This document shows positions 48,799-58,325 of a stretch of 64,000 nt of DNA, piece by piece. The stretch is from an uncultured Alphaproteobacteria bacterium (lineage in GTDB: Bacteria > Pseudomonadota > Alphaproteobacteria > RF32 > CAG-239). Position 1 is the first letter of the stretch. Each line of letters begins with the position of its first letter. Under the pieces are notes generated by a model, which worked only from the letters and a program-made list of their open reading frames with translations, did no database searches and was not told the origin of the DNA. Location: positions 14-64,013 of the forward strand of contig CABQIK010000002.1 of the NCBI GenBank assembly GCA_902464275.1, written 5' to 3'. Both the position numbers and the translations under genes were made by a program.

Positions 48799-49101
48799 TT
48801 ATTTACCGCAAATATCGGTAATTTTAACCAATGTAACAAACTGTCTGTGACCGTTTTTACGGCGATAGTTGTGTCTTCTTTTCTTTTTAAAGATAATAAC
48901 TTTAGCGTCTTTAGCCTGTTTAACAACCAAAGCTTTAACGCTTGCGCCTGAAACCAACGGAGTGCCGACAGTTTCATCTAAAGCTAAAACTTCGTTAAAA
49001 ATTACTTCTTTACCTTCTTCACCGGCGATTTTTTCAATTTTTACAACATCACCTGTTGCAACTTTGTATTGTTTTCCGCCTGTTTTAATTACTGCGTACA
49101 T
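48799..49101 (-). CDS. rplU: 50S ribosomal protein L21
   Basis: MYAVIKTGGKQYKV... Confidence 0.9.
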   Translation of the reverse strand: MYAVIKTGGKQYKVATGDVVKIEKIAGEEGKEVIFNEVLALDETVGTPLVSGASVKALVVKQAKDAKVIIFKKKRRHNYRRKNGHRQFVTLVKITDICGK

Positions 49102-49206
49102 TTTTATTCACCTAATTTTGTTTGATTTAAACATAAAACGTTGTCTTGCAATATACATAACTTTTTGTCGGTGTCAATAATAATTTCTGATATTTTTAAA
49201 TAAAGT

Positions 49207-49686
49207 TTAGCTTTTTGTTAATCTTTTAAGCATTCGGTGGAGTTCCGGACGCATAAATTTACCCTGCCAAACCCCTCTTTTTGCTTTTTTAGCCTCAGAT
49301 TCTTCAGTTTTGAACATCTCATGCCGATAAGTTACCGCCCATCCTGATTTTACCATTTCGGCGTTTAAGTTCAACTTGCCTAAATAACAAACGCTTAATG
49401 TGCGGTTATAGCGGTCGGTCCCGTGGCTTTTACATTTTATCTTTTGATGTTGCTTTTTGCCTGTTGCTATCATCTTTTTCATGTATTCAGAGGCTTTTTC
49501 ACCGCATTTATACTTTTTGCCGGAAGCTTTTTTGCACCACTGGTCATATTCGGGCGAATCAATCCCGACCAAACGAATTTTTACGCCGTCAACTATCAGA
49601 CTGTCACCGTCAACCGCCTTATAATCCGCCCTTGCCGGCAAATTAAGCGCGCATAAAAAAGCCGCAAGCAAACCTATAAATTTCAT
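49207..49686 (-). CDS. secreted thermonuclease (SNase-like)
   Basis: Signal peptide; VDGDSLIVDG..IRLVGIDSPE.. is the SNase core. Confidence 0.7.
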   Translation of the reverse strand: MKFIGLLAAFLCALNLPARADYKAVDGDSLIVDGVKIRLVGIDSPEYDQWCKKASGKKYKCGEKASEYMKKMIATGKKQHQKIKCKSHGTDRYNRTLSVCYLGKLNLNAEMVKSGWAVTYRHEMFKTEESEAKKAKRGVWQGKFMRPELHRMLKRLTKS

Positions 49687-49817
49687 ATTTCACCTCTTGA
49701 GACCAAGAGTATAGATATTTATAATTTTTTCGCAAGCTTAAATTTTATTTACGATTCTTTCATATTATTAGGTTATTTTAACAAATAAAATAGGTTAATT
49801 GTTTAAGGAATTGTACC

Positions 49818-51107
49818 GTGTTTAAGAAAATAACTTTGAGTATGCCCACCATTGCATCGCTGTTTGCCGTTGCCGCCTGCAACAGCCCATACAGCGGAGT
49901 TCAAAGAGCCGAAGTTTGGCAACCGCATATCAATATGCCGAGTTCAGTAGTTGTTTGCCGCTCCAAGCAATGCGCTCCGGCTAAAATTTCAATGTCAAAA
50001 GAATACATTTACAACTCGTTAATGCACCTTTTGGATAATAACGCGCAAAACAAAGCATTAATTTGCACGGCCGACCCGTCAAGCCACGTTTGCACCGAAA
50101 ATTATATCACGTTGCCGATTACGGTCGGCGTTACTCCGGCTAACATGTACATTGACGATGTTAAAATTACCGATGTTTCGGCATCGCTTGGCAATAAATC
50201 ATTAAATTTGGTGCTTAATTATAATGTTACTTACAACGGACAGCACCCGACCTGCAAACCTGCCGAAACTTTGGTGTATGTTAAAAATTCCAGCAATATC
50301 ATTTTAGAAGACGCCGGATATTCATGCAAAATGACCACCATCGGCAACACCACGATTAAAACCTTATTCGCCATTGATTATATTGACTTAGATTACGGTT
50401 ATATCGGCGGTTATTATTCAGTCGGCTTATCAGGCCCCGCATACGGCGGCGGTTCCGGCTATATGCTGCTGCGCCTGCCGAAAGACGCTTATCCTTTAGC
50501 TCCGATTTTGGCCGGTGGAAATGCCGCGGCTCCGGAAACAGCTGCAAAGCCTGCGGCAAAAGAGCCAAGCGCTGATAAAAAGCCTGAAGCACAAGCTCCG
50601 GTTTCTAAAACGCAAGTTCCGGTTACCAAAACACAAACCTCCACAACCACGGCACAAGTTCCGGGCAAAAAATGGGCTCCTGCCGACACATATCAAGACC
50701 CGGTTACGGGTGAAGTGGTGTTTGAACCGGTACGCGACCCGATGCGCATTAACCCGAAGGCCGTTCAACCCATAGACGAACCGGAAAAAACAGAAATGTT
50801 CAGCGGGGTTAAAGTGTTCCCGATTATAAAGAAAAAAGCTCCGGAAGTTATTGAGGTGGAAGCTCAGCCCAAAGATGAAAATGCCAAAGCTGAAAACGCC
50901 AAAGGCGGAACCTTAAAAGATTCCATGAAAAAAGCCGAAGCTGCCGCAACGGATAAAACCGCGGCAAAAGCCCAAACCGTCAAGAACGATAAGCCGGTTA
51001 ATAACACTAAGCCGGCTAAAACAAATACCACAATTAAGGACGCTACACCCGCCAAAGCGGATACAGGTGCCAAGGCTGAAGCAACAACAAAAGCTGATAA
51101 AAAATAA
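49818..51107 (+). CDS. hypothetical lipoprotein with a C-terminal Pro/Ala/Lys/Thr-rich disordered tail
   Basis: Lipobox LFAVAAC. The last ~180 aa are low-complexity PAK/T repeats. Confidence 0.5.
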   Translation: MFKKITLSMPTIASLFAVAACNSPYSGVQRAEVWQPHINMPSSVVVCRSKQCAPAKISMSKEYIYNSLMHLLDNNAQNKALICTADPSSHVCTENYITLPITVGVTPANMYIDDVKITDVSASLGNKSLNLVLNYNVTYNGQHPTCKPAETLVYVKNSSNIILEDAGYSCKMTTIGNTTIKTLFAIDYIDLDYGYIGGYYSVGLSGPAYGGGSGYMLLRLPKDAYPLAPILAGGNAAAPETAAKPAAKEPSADKKPEAQAPVSKTQVPVTKTQTSTTTAQVPGKKWAPADTYQDPVTGEVVFEPVRDPMRINPKAVQPIDEPEKTEMFSGVKVFPIIKKKAPEVIEVEAQPKDENAKAENAKGGTLKDSMKKAEAAATDKTAAKAQTVKNDKPVNNTKPAKTNTTIKDATPAKADTGAKAEATTKADKK

Positions 51108-51127
51108 TAACATTAACAGCACTTTTA

Positions 51128-51156
51128 AGCTCACCGCCAAACGGTGAGCTTTTTTA
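51128..51156 (+). terminator. rho-independent terminator
   Basis: agctcaccg-ccaaa-cggtgagct followed by a T6 run. Confidence 0.65.
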
Positions 51157-51402
51157 TACTTATATTAAAAATGAGAAATTCATATCTCAAAAACAGCTTA
51201 TTTTTCTATTTTTGAGAAACGCATATCTCAAAAATGGTTGACTTTTGTAAAATGAGCATGTGCTTTAGAGCCAAATACTGTTTATGTTTCGGTTCCTGCA
51301 AATAAAAACAAACTATTAATGTGTTGCAAAACAGTGCAATAACCACCCCGCCTTCAGCACCCCTCCTCGGGATGGGAATTTTTTATAGTGCCAATTTACA
51401 TA

Positions 51403-51493
51403 CAACTTATACACACCCCGGACTCGTAAATATTGCAAAAAAAAAACGCGAGCTAAAATCTTCTTAAAAGTAACTTTTGAGGAGATTTTAGCT
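51403..51493 (+). promoter_or_regulatory. conserved pilin-family upstream element, preceded at 51305-51402 by the right half of the MITE-like element
   Basis: ...accaccccgccttcagcacccctcctcgggatgggaattttttatagtgccaatttacat | acaacttatacacaccccggactcgtaaatattgcaA10... Confidence 0.6.
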
Positions 51494-52147
51494 ATGAAAT
51501 CAGAAAATGGTCGTTCTATGGTGGAAATGCTCGGGGTATTGGCGATAATCGGAGTGCTGAGTGTCGGGGCGATTAGCGGATATAGCAAAGCCATGTTTAA
51601 GTACAAACTCAATAAACATACGGAACAAATGAACACAGTGATAAACGCAGTTGCCCGCCATGCGCACAGCTTTGATAATATCCAACACAGAGATTCTTTA
51701 ATTCCATATTTTATTAAAATGGGCGAAATTCCAACTGAAATGGTGAGCACAAACGATGGTTACTACATCTTTGACGTTTTCAGACAGGCATGGTATATAC
51801 GTATTGAAGGCGGCGCTATAGTTTTAGCCTCAATGTATGATGTCGGTTCATCATTTTTATCCTCATTTTTATCCTCAAACTCTCCTGAAAATCTGGCAAT
51901 ATGTCAAAATACGTTAAACATCGCCAAAGAAAACGCGGATAACATAGATACTATTGTGATATACACGGCTAACTCCGGTTCCGCTAATAATAAATTTGAG
52001 TATATATTGGGTGATAAACTTTGTACCGCTGAATATATGCAATACGACAAATGTTTGAAAAACTTAACCTTAAATGATGTTCATACTCTCTGCACCGAAC
52101 AGTTAAAAAACGGCTATGGGTTATTCCAGTTATCATGGGAACAATAG
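51494..52147 (+). CDS. type IV pilin-like protein, paralog 8
   Basis: MKSENG|RSMVEM...AISGY; subfamily A. Confidence 0.8.
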   Translation: MKSENGRSMVEMLGVLAIIGVLSVGAISGYSKAMFKYKLNKHTEQMNTVINAVARHAHSFDNIQHRDSLIPYFIKMGEIPTEMVSTNDGYYIFDVFRQAWYIRIEGGAIVLASMYDVGSSFLSSFLSSNSPENLAICQNTLNIAKENADNIDTIVIYTANSGSANNKFEYILGDKLCTAEYMQYDKCLKNLTLNDVHTLCTEQLKNGYGLFQLSWEQ

Positions 52148-52277
52148 TAATAACATTTGAGCGCTATTATTTTTCAACAAAAACAAACAATTAATGCGCT
52201 GATAGATAGTAATGAGACCACCCCGCCTTCGGCACCCCTCCTCGGGATGGGAATTTTTTATAGTGCCAATTTACATA

Positions 52278-52368
52278 CAACTTATACACACCCCAGACTC
52301 GTAAATATTGCAAAAAAAAACGCGAGCTAAAATCTTCTTAAATTAACAATTTTAGGAGATTTTTTATT
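52278..52368 (+). promoter_or_regulatory. conserved pilin-family upstream element, the only copy with an A9 instead of an A10 tract (52312-52320). Preceded at 52181-52277 by the right half of the MITE-like element
   Basis: The A-run was counted directly in all 11 copies: ten are A10, this one is A9. Confidence 0.6.
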
Positions 52369-53019
52369 ATGAAATCAGAAAATGGACGTTCAATGGTAGA
52401 AATGCTTGGCGTGCTCGCGATAATCGGCGTTCTGTCGGTCGGGGCGATTGCGGGGTACAGCAAGGCGATGTTCAAATATAAACTCAACAAACAAGCAGAA
52501 AGTTTCAATATGCTATTGAACACTGCCATACAAATACAACCTGATTTAGACCGCACGCATAATACCGGAGCACTTGGCGGCAACCGTTTGCTTTATCAAG
52601 CAGGGCTTATCCCTGACGGCATGAGTTATAAAAATGGTATAATTTATGATATATTTAATCACGAAATTATCAGTAATTATGTAACCAGCATGGTGCCTGG
52701 TGAAAATCATTATACCGAATATAAATTAATATATGACATTGGATACGGCTCTGAACAAAGCATAGAAATCTGCCGCAATATGCTTAATGTTGCTAAAGAA
52801 AATGCCGCTGATTTACCGTTCATAAAATTACGTTACGCCAAAACTTCCACGGACTCTGACGTTAGTGAAAACCGCATTTACGGTGATAAAGGGTGCACAG
52901 GCGACAATATTTGTTTGCGCAATATGGGAGTAAAACAAGCTGACGACTTTTGTTCCCCTTGCACTTCTGAAAATTACTGCGCTATTCTGTTTTCTATATA
53001 CTTTAAGGACTTGCTTTAA
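52369..53019 (+). CDS. type IV pilin-like protein, paralog 9
   Basis: MKSENG|RSMVEM.... Its variable region starts AESFNMLLN like paralog 1, then diverges. 6 Cys. Confidence 0.8.
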   Translation: MKSENGRSMVEMLGVLAIIGVLSVGAIAGYSKAMFKYKLNKQAESFNMLLNTAIQIQPDLDRTHNTGALGGNRLLYQAGLIPDGMSYKNGIIYDIFNHEIISNYVTSMVPGENHYTEYKLIYDIGYGSEQSIEICRNMLNVAKENAADLPFIKLRYAKTSTDSDVSENRIYGDKGCTGDNICLRNMGVKQADDFCSPCTSENYCAILFSIYFKDLL

Positions 53020-53034
53020 TGAGTGACGTGAAGC

Positions 53035-53143
53035 AAAACCCTGCGGATAGCGAGGCAGATGCACAGTAACATTTTTTTGCCGTGTACGAATAGTTACATA
53101 AGAAAAAAAGTTACAAGCAGATGCCCGCTAGACGCAGGGTTTT
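53035..53143. repeat. ~109-bp nested palindromic intergenic element (RPE-like): outer IR aaaaccctgcg / cgcagggtttt, inner IR cagtaac / gttac
   Basis: Read directly. Shares cctgcgga.a..g.g.cagatgc and a terminal acgcagg with the in-frame leader insertion of paralog 11. Confidence 0.6.
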
Positions 53144-53145
53144 AT

Positions 53146-53649
53146 TTAGTCTTCAAATTTTTCAGCCCGCAACACCACTCCTCCGTCAACACCGGTGATT
53201 TTTACTTTATCGCCTTTTTTAAGAGGTTCGTTGATTTCAACAAGCCAAACGGTGTCGCCGACTTTGGCTTTGGAGCGGCCATCGGTAACATCTTCGGTTA
53301 AGTTGTAAACCTTGCCGATGTAATTACCCGCCATATCGTTAAGATATTTATATTTTTCAGGCACTTTGGTTTTGTTGATAATTTTGGCGTAAACAAACCA
53401 ACCGATACCGGCAAAAACGGCGGAAATAAGCGCAAACCAAACTAAGGTTTCGGTTGCGGTAAGCGTGCAAAAAGTTACCACCGCTCCCATAACAAAAGCG
53501 GCAAAGCCAAACCAGATTAAATAAGTTCCGGGAACGAAAAACTCTAACAAAACAAATATTAAGCCGAGTGTAAACCAGCCCAAATACGTCATTTTGGCAA
53601 TATATTCAAAAAGTTCCATTTTGTTTTCCTTGCTATATGATATGTTCAC
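53146..53649 (-). CDS. NfeD-family membrane protein (OB-fold C-terminus)
   Basis: Three TM helices followed by a GDKVKITGVDGGVVLRAEK beta-domain. Partner of the upstream SPFH gene. Confidence 0.7.
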   Translation of the reverse strand: MNISYSKENKMELFEYIAKMTYLGWFTLGLIFVLLEFFVPGTYLIWFGFAAFVMGAVVTFCTLTATETLVWFALISAVFAGIGWFVYAKIINKTKVPEKYKYLNDMAGNYIGKVYNLTEDVTDGRSKAKVGDTVWLVEINEPLKKGDKVKITGVDGGVVLRAEKFED

Positions 53650-53683
53650 GACCGCGCAAAAACGCGGCCGTGAATTTTACGGA

Positions 53684-54595
53684 TTATTTTTTCTTGTTAA
53701 CAACAACTTCTTTGGCAATTTCAGCAATGCCGGCAAGCGATGAGGCCACATTGGTAACATCGGTCGGCAACATCAAAAGCTTTTGGTTAGGTGAAGTTAC
53801 AATGCCTTGCAAAGCCTCAATGTATTTTTGACCCAAAAAGTAATTCAGGGCTTGCGGATTGCCGTCATGAATGGCTTTTGAAACCATTTCAGTAGCGTTA
53901 GCTTCAGCCTGAGCCAAGCGCTCGCGAGCTTCCGCCTCGCGAAAAGCGGCTTCTTTTTGCGCCTCAGCGGCTAAAATAACGGCTTGTTTTTCACCTTCGG
54001 CTTTTAAGATTTCAGACTGGCGGATACCCTCAGCCTCAAGCACACTGGCGCGTTTGTCACGCTCGGCCTTCATTTGGCGAGCCATAGAATCAATTAAGTC
54101 TGCCGGAGGCTGAATGTCTTTAATTTCAACACGGGTAACTTTAACGCCCCACGGAACAGTGGCTTCATCAACAACGGAAAGCAGTTGGTGATTAATGGTA
54201 TCGCGTTGCGAAAGCAGCTCATCCATTTCCATGCTGCCCATTACCGTACGGATATTGGTCATAATCAAATTTAAAATCGCGGCGTCCAAATTTTTAACCT
54301 GATAAGCGGCATTAACCGCGTTTTGAATTTGGAAAAAGAGCACGCCGTCAACTCTGACCATAGCGTTATCTTTAGTAATTACATCTTGCGACGGAACATC
54401 TAAAACCTGCTCCATGCGGTTTACTTTAGCCCCGATTTTTTCTACAATCGGCAACATTAAATGAAAACCAGGCTCCATAGTACGGGTAAAGCGTCCGAAG
54501 CTTTCAACCGTGTACTCATAACCTTGGCGAACAATAACCACCGATGAAATTAAAACCAACAGCACAACAACTAATAAAACTATCGCTAATTCCAT
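53684..54595 (-). CDS. SPFH/band-7 (stomatin-like) protein
   Basis: N-terminal TM helix, SPFH core (..[11 protein letters not shown]..) and a coiled-coil C-terminus. Confidence 0.8.
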   Translation of the reverse strand: MELAIVLLVVVLLVLISSVVIVRQGYEYTVESFGRFTRTMEPGFHLMLPIVEKIGAKVNRMEQVLDVPSQDVITKDNAMVRVDGVLFFQIQNAVNAAYQVKNLDAAILNLIMTNIRTVMGSMEMDELLSQRDTINHQLLSVVDEATVPWGVKVTRVEIKDIQPPADLIDSMARQMKAERDKRASVLEAEGIRQSEILKAEGEKQAVILAAEAQKEAAFREAEARERLAQAEANATEMVSKAIHDGNPQALNYFLGQKYIEALQGIVTSPNQKLLMLPTDVTNVASSLAGIAEIAKEVVVNKKK

Positions 54596-54738
54596 AGCAC
54601 AAACTCCTTGTTTAACAAATTAAAACTAAAGATATTTTGACAGCGAATATCCGTTTTAGCAAGACGATTTAAGCAGTTATTTACAGCTATTTACGCAAAA
54701 CCCTGTTAACAATTATGATATTTTTTGCGCATAGAATC

Positions 54739-54766
54739 TTGACAAAAAAATCAAATTGCATATAAT
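54739..54766 (+). promoter_or_regulatory. near-consensus sigma70 promoter TTGACA-N16-TATAAT
   Basis: cTTGACAaaaaaatcaaattgcaTATAATagcg, ~35 nt upstream of the ATG at 54802. Confidence 0.6.
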
Positions 54767-54801
54767 AGCGCTGTCGTTGAACATTTACAAAGGAGTTCTA
54801 A

Positions 54802-55107
54802 ATGAATGAAAACGATGTAAATGCCTCTACTTTCAAAAGAGTGTCAGAAAAGCTGCACGCAAAAAATTCGCAAAATACAAGCTCCAATGACACTTTCGCT
54901 ACGGCTATCAAATGGTATTCGGAAAATTTGATTAACCAAGGTGTAGAAAAAGGCATTATGCCGGCTGCAAGGAAAGACGAGCTGATAGAAGCTACAATCA
55001 ACAGCTTTAAAGTTATTTGCAGCGGCACAAACAATGCTGCCAAAGAGCACATTCAAAATGATTACAGTGCTTATTTACAAAAAATGAAAAACGGCAGAGT
55101 CGCATAA
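54802..55107 (+). CDS. hypothetical small protein (101 aa)
   Basis: AGGAG RBS (caaaggagttctaaATG). Followed by the hairpin terminator at 55129-55155. Confidence 0.5.
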   Translation: MNENDVNASTFKRVSEKLHAKNSQNTSSNDTFATAIKWYSENLINQGVEKGIMPAARKDELIEATINSFKVICSGTNNAAKEHIQNDYSAYLQKMKNGRVA

Positions 55108-55128
55108 AATGCGTATTTCCGATAGAAA

Positions 55129-55155
55129 GGCACCCGTGCACGGATGCCTTTTTTA
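55129..55155 (+). terminator. rho-independent terminator (ggcacccgtg/cacggatgcc + T7)
   Basis: Hairpin followed by a T-run. Overlaps the track's upstream start of the next ORF, which supports the 55201 start. Confidence 0.55.
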
Positions 55156-55200
55156 TATAAAGGCAAAAATGTTTTCGGCACACATATTTACGGAGATAAA

Positions 55201-56565
55201 ATGATGGATATTAAAATTAACGCCTGCTTAAATAAAGGCGAAGTTGTAAGCCCTAACAAAGAAGGCGTTTTGGTAGTTGATACAGGCGCGCTGCCTATCT
55301 CTGCTTTTGAAGGAATGACCAATCAGGATGAAATTGTTAAAAAATCAATTTCATTGGGGCATGTTGACCACCATACCATTGATATGTTGCCGGCAATGGC
55401 CAAACAGCCTAAAAAATGCGCCACTCGGATGGTTGTTGATTACTTTGACGATATTTTAAAATATTGTCGGGAGCACAATGTTAAAGAAATTCAAATTCAT
55501 AAAGATTCCGACATGGACGCCATAACCGCCGCGTACCTTTTGCAAAAAGGATTACAAAACGGCAAGCTGCCTAAATGCGCCGAACAAATGGCCACTATTG
55601 TTAACAAGGTTGATTATGCCGAATATAACCTGCCGATTGATAAATATATCAGCAGTTTTCCGGGGTGCATAACGGCAATTTACGGAGCAAGCGGCGCTGA
55701 AAAAGCCGCGGACATAAAGTCAAGGCAAGCTTGGGGAGAATTTGCGCAATTAGATAACAATATATTGCCTGAAGTTTTTAAGGTTTATGATATTTTAGCC
55801 GAAAGGATGGAAAAGAATATTCCGTTTGATTTGAACAAACTGGATATTAAAGCTTTTATTGAAAATCATCCCGAGACTGATGAAGCAACCAAAAAGCATT
55901 TAAATGACGGGCTTGAACAAACCAAACAGTCACAATTACAATTTGAAAAAGATATTGAAACCGCGAAAATCGTTAAATTTAACTTTCATAATCCGGAAAC
56001 GCAGCGCACAGAGGAAGGGCAAATTGTGATTGTGGAAAGCAAAGCGCCGCTCACCACCACCAATTTGGGATACGCGCGTTTCGGTAAAAATACGGTTATG
56101 GCGGTTTTTGCCGGCGAGCCCCGCAAAAACGGCGACTTTTTTGACATCGGCATTGCGCCCGAATCGGCTGATATTATGGGCGGGGTTATGAAAGACATTG
56201 CTTTTGAAATAAATAAGTCAGAAGCAGCGGAAAGGTTAAAAGCTCAAAAAGAATTGCAGACTTTGGAGCAACTGCCCACGCTGAATGATGAGCAGAAAAG
56301 TTTATTGGAAAAACATCAAAAGATGTTTGCGGAATTAAAAGCCCTGAAAGATGAAGGCAAAGAAAGACCGGGGCATCCGGGAGGCGATTTGCCGGGGATT
56401 GATAATATTGACCCGACTCCGGTTGTGGCGCGCAACACGTTGGTTCCGGCCTCACACCACACGCTTATGACCGCTGAAAAATTCAAAAAAGCAATGACAA
56501 ATTACGCCGCTAAAACTAAAATGAATATAGCTGCCCTATCTAATAATGCGGGACGTGACGAATAA
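55201..56565 (+). CDS. hypothetical protein (455 aa) with a coiled-coil C-terminus; possible effector
   Basis: GGAG RBS 5 nt before the ATG at 55201. His/Asp clusters (GHVDHH, HKDSDMDA) are present but in the wrong order for a canonical DHH phosphoesterase. Confidence 0.45.
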   Translation: MMDIKINACLNKGEVVSPNKEGVLVVDTGALPISAFEGMTNQDEIVKKSISLGHVDHHTIDMLPAMAKQPKKCATRMVVDYFDDILKYCREHNVKEIQIHKDSDMDAITAAYLLQKGLQNGKLPKCAEQMATIVNKVDYAEYNLPIDKYISSFPGCITAIYGASGAEKAADIKSRQAWGEFAQLDNNILPEVFKVYDILAERMEKNIPFDLNKLDIKAFIENHPETDEATKKHLNDGLEQTKQSQLQFEKDIETAKIVKFNFHNPETQRTEEGQIVIVESKAPLTTTNLGYARFGKNTVMAVFAGEPRKNGDFFDIGIAPESADIMGGVMKDIAFEINKSEAAERLKAQKELQTLEQLPTLNDEQKSLLEKHQKMFAELKALKDEGKERPGHPGGDLPGIDNIDPTPVVARNTLVPASHHTLMTAEKFKKAMTNYAAKTKMNIAALSNNAGRDE

Positions 56566-56592
56566 TCGGCATGTTATTTTGCAGGGGCGCGT

Positions 56593-57399
56593 ATGGTCAA
56601 TGTATCAGTCATAATTCCGGTTTACAACTGCCAAAAGTTTTTGAAGCACTCTGTTCAATCGGTTTTGAACCAAACATACAAAAATTGGGAGCTCATAATT
56701 GTTGATGACGCCTCAACCGACGGTTCATTGTCTGAGGCTCGGCGCTTGGCTGAAGACAATCCGAAAATAAAGGTTTTTGCGCTGCCTGAAAATAAAGGAG
56801 TCAGCGCTTGCCGCAATTTTGCCATAAGTAAAGCGCAAGGACGTTATTTGGCATTTTTGGATTCTGACGACTTGTGGGCAAAAAACAAGTTAGCCGCGCA
56901 ATTAATGTTTATGCAGCAAAAAAAGGCGGCGCTGTCACATACGGCTTATTCATTTATTGATGAAAAAGGCCGCGTTATGGAAGCCGGCAAGGTTGAAGTT
57001 GATGAATGTATCAATTTGCCGACCTACATGAAAACCACTCAAATCGGGATGTCTACGGTAATGATTGACCGCCAAAAAATCGGCGCGGTGCATTTTCCGA
57101 ATGACCGCGAATTGTGTGAAGACGCGCGCACATGGATGCACTTTTTACGAAAAGGCCAACAATTTTACGGCTTAAACATTGTTTCAACATTATACAGAGT
57201 GCGAAAAAATCAGCTGAGCAAAAACAAAGCCAAAATGGCGCAATGCACGCTGAAAAGATATTGGAACGAGCGCAATCTGCCTGCGTATAAAAGGCTGTAC
57301 TATTTTGTAAATTACGCGTGCAACGGATTTTTAAAACGCATGCGGCCGACTAAAATCAGCCCTGAAATTATTGCGCAATTTAACTGCAATCAACGATAA
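56593..57399 (+). CDS. family 2 glycosyltransferase
   Basis: VSVIIPVYNCQKFLKHSVQSVLNQTYKNWELIIVDDASTDGS (GT-A DxD region). Confidence 0.8.
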   Translation: MVNVSVIIPVYNCQKFLKHSVQSVLNQTYKNWELIIVDDASTDGSLSEARRLAEDNPKIKVFALPENKGVSACRNFAISKAQGRYLAFLDSDDLWAKNKLAAQLMFMQQKKAALSHTAYSFIDEKGRVMEAGKVEVDECINLPTYMKTTQIGMSTVMIDRQKIGAVHFPNDRELCEDARTWMHFLRKGQQFYGLNIVSTLYRVRKNQLSKNKAKMAQCTLKRYWNERNLPAYKRLYYFVNYACNGFLKRMRPTKISPEIIAQFNCNQR

Positions 57400-57418
57400 A
57401 GAGCTTAAAGATATTTGC

Positions 57419-58186
57419 TTAAACAAGCAAAACCATGCCGTCATACGCCAAACGCCAGTTTTCAGGCACAAGCGCGGATAGCGTATTATAGTCAACCCTT
57501 GCCGATAAATGGGTTAACACCACCTGCTCCGGTTTTAAGATATTAACATAGTGTTTTATTTTAGCAATATTGCTGTGACCGTTGTTAAGCTCATATTCGC
57601 CGTTATTGCACTCGGCCAACAACATTTTAAGCCCTTGCATACGTTCTAAAGCTTTTGGGGGCAAACTTTCCCAATCGGTAACATACGCAACATCGCCAAA
57701 CCTGAAAGCGGAACTGTGTAAATTATGATGCGGCACGCAAAAAGTTTCAAATTCAACCCCGCCGATATTAACTTTTCCGAAATCAGGCAATATATTCCAC
57801 TGAAGGCGCACGCTATCAGGCTCCGCGCCGCTGAACAAATAAGCATAACTTTTTTGCAGTTCGCTCATGGTTTCAGCGCTTGCAAAAACCGGCAAGACAT
57901 GGTTTAAGATTTTACAGGCTCGCGGCAATTCAGGCACGCCGCCGATATGGTCATAATGGCAGTGAGTTAACAAAACCGCGTCAATATTTTGCACATTGTT
58001 ACGATTGATTTGCAATCTGAAATCAGGTCCGACATCAATTAAAAAATTTTTACCTTGAAACTCAAATAAAACGCAAGCGCGGGTACGCTCATTTTTAGGA
58101 TTATGCGGGTCAGCCAAATTCCACTGATTAAAACACATCGGGCAACCATAAGCCGAACCGGAACCGAGGATAGTAATTTTCATCAT
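57419..58186 (-). CDS. MBL-fold metallo-hydrolase (PhnP/RNase Z-like)
   Basis: THCHYDHIGG motif. Start at MMKITILGSGSAYGCP; the track's upstream extension is rejected. Confidence 0.65.
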   Translation of the reverse strand: MMKITILGSGSAYGCPMCFNQWNLADPHNPKNERTRACVLFEFQGKNFLIDVGPDFRLQINRNNVQNIDAVLLTHCHYDHIGGVPELPRACKILNHVLPVFASAETMSELQKSYAYLFSGAEPDSVRLQWNILPDFGKVNIGGVEFETFCVPHHNLHSSAFRFGDVAYVTDWESLPPKALERMQGLKMLLAECNNGEYELNNGHSNIAKIKHYVNILKPEQVVLTHLSARVDYNTLSALVPENWRLAYDGMVLLV

Positions 58187-58309
58187 AAGCACTCCATTTT
58201 TCAGACGCCGTATCAGGATATAGCATGACAGTATGCTTCTGTCCAGATAAAAAATTGTAGTCATTGTTGTTATAAACGGCACAAACAAATTTGACTCTTG
58301 CCGGAAAAT

Positions 58310-58324
58310 GTTCTATGTTTGTTC
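58310..58324 (+). promoter_or_regulatory. alphaproteobacterial-type LexA box GTTC-N7-GTTC, abutting the polymerase start codon
   Basis: gttctatgtttgttc at 58310-58324; the ATG is at 58326. Confidence 0.55.
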
Positions 58325-58325
58325 T

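Noticed and set aside
55201-56565. DHH-family phosphoesterase call for the 455-aa protein
   Set aside because: The DHH-like triplet precedes the DxD-like cluster, the reverse of the canonical motif order. It is kept as hypothetical.
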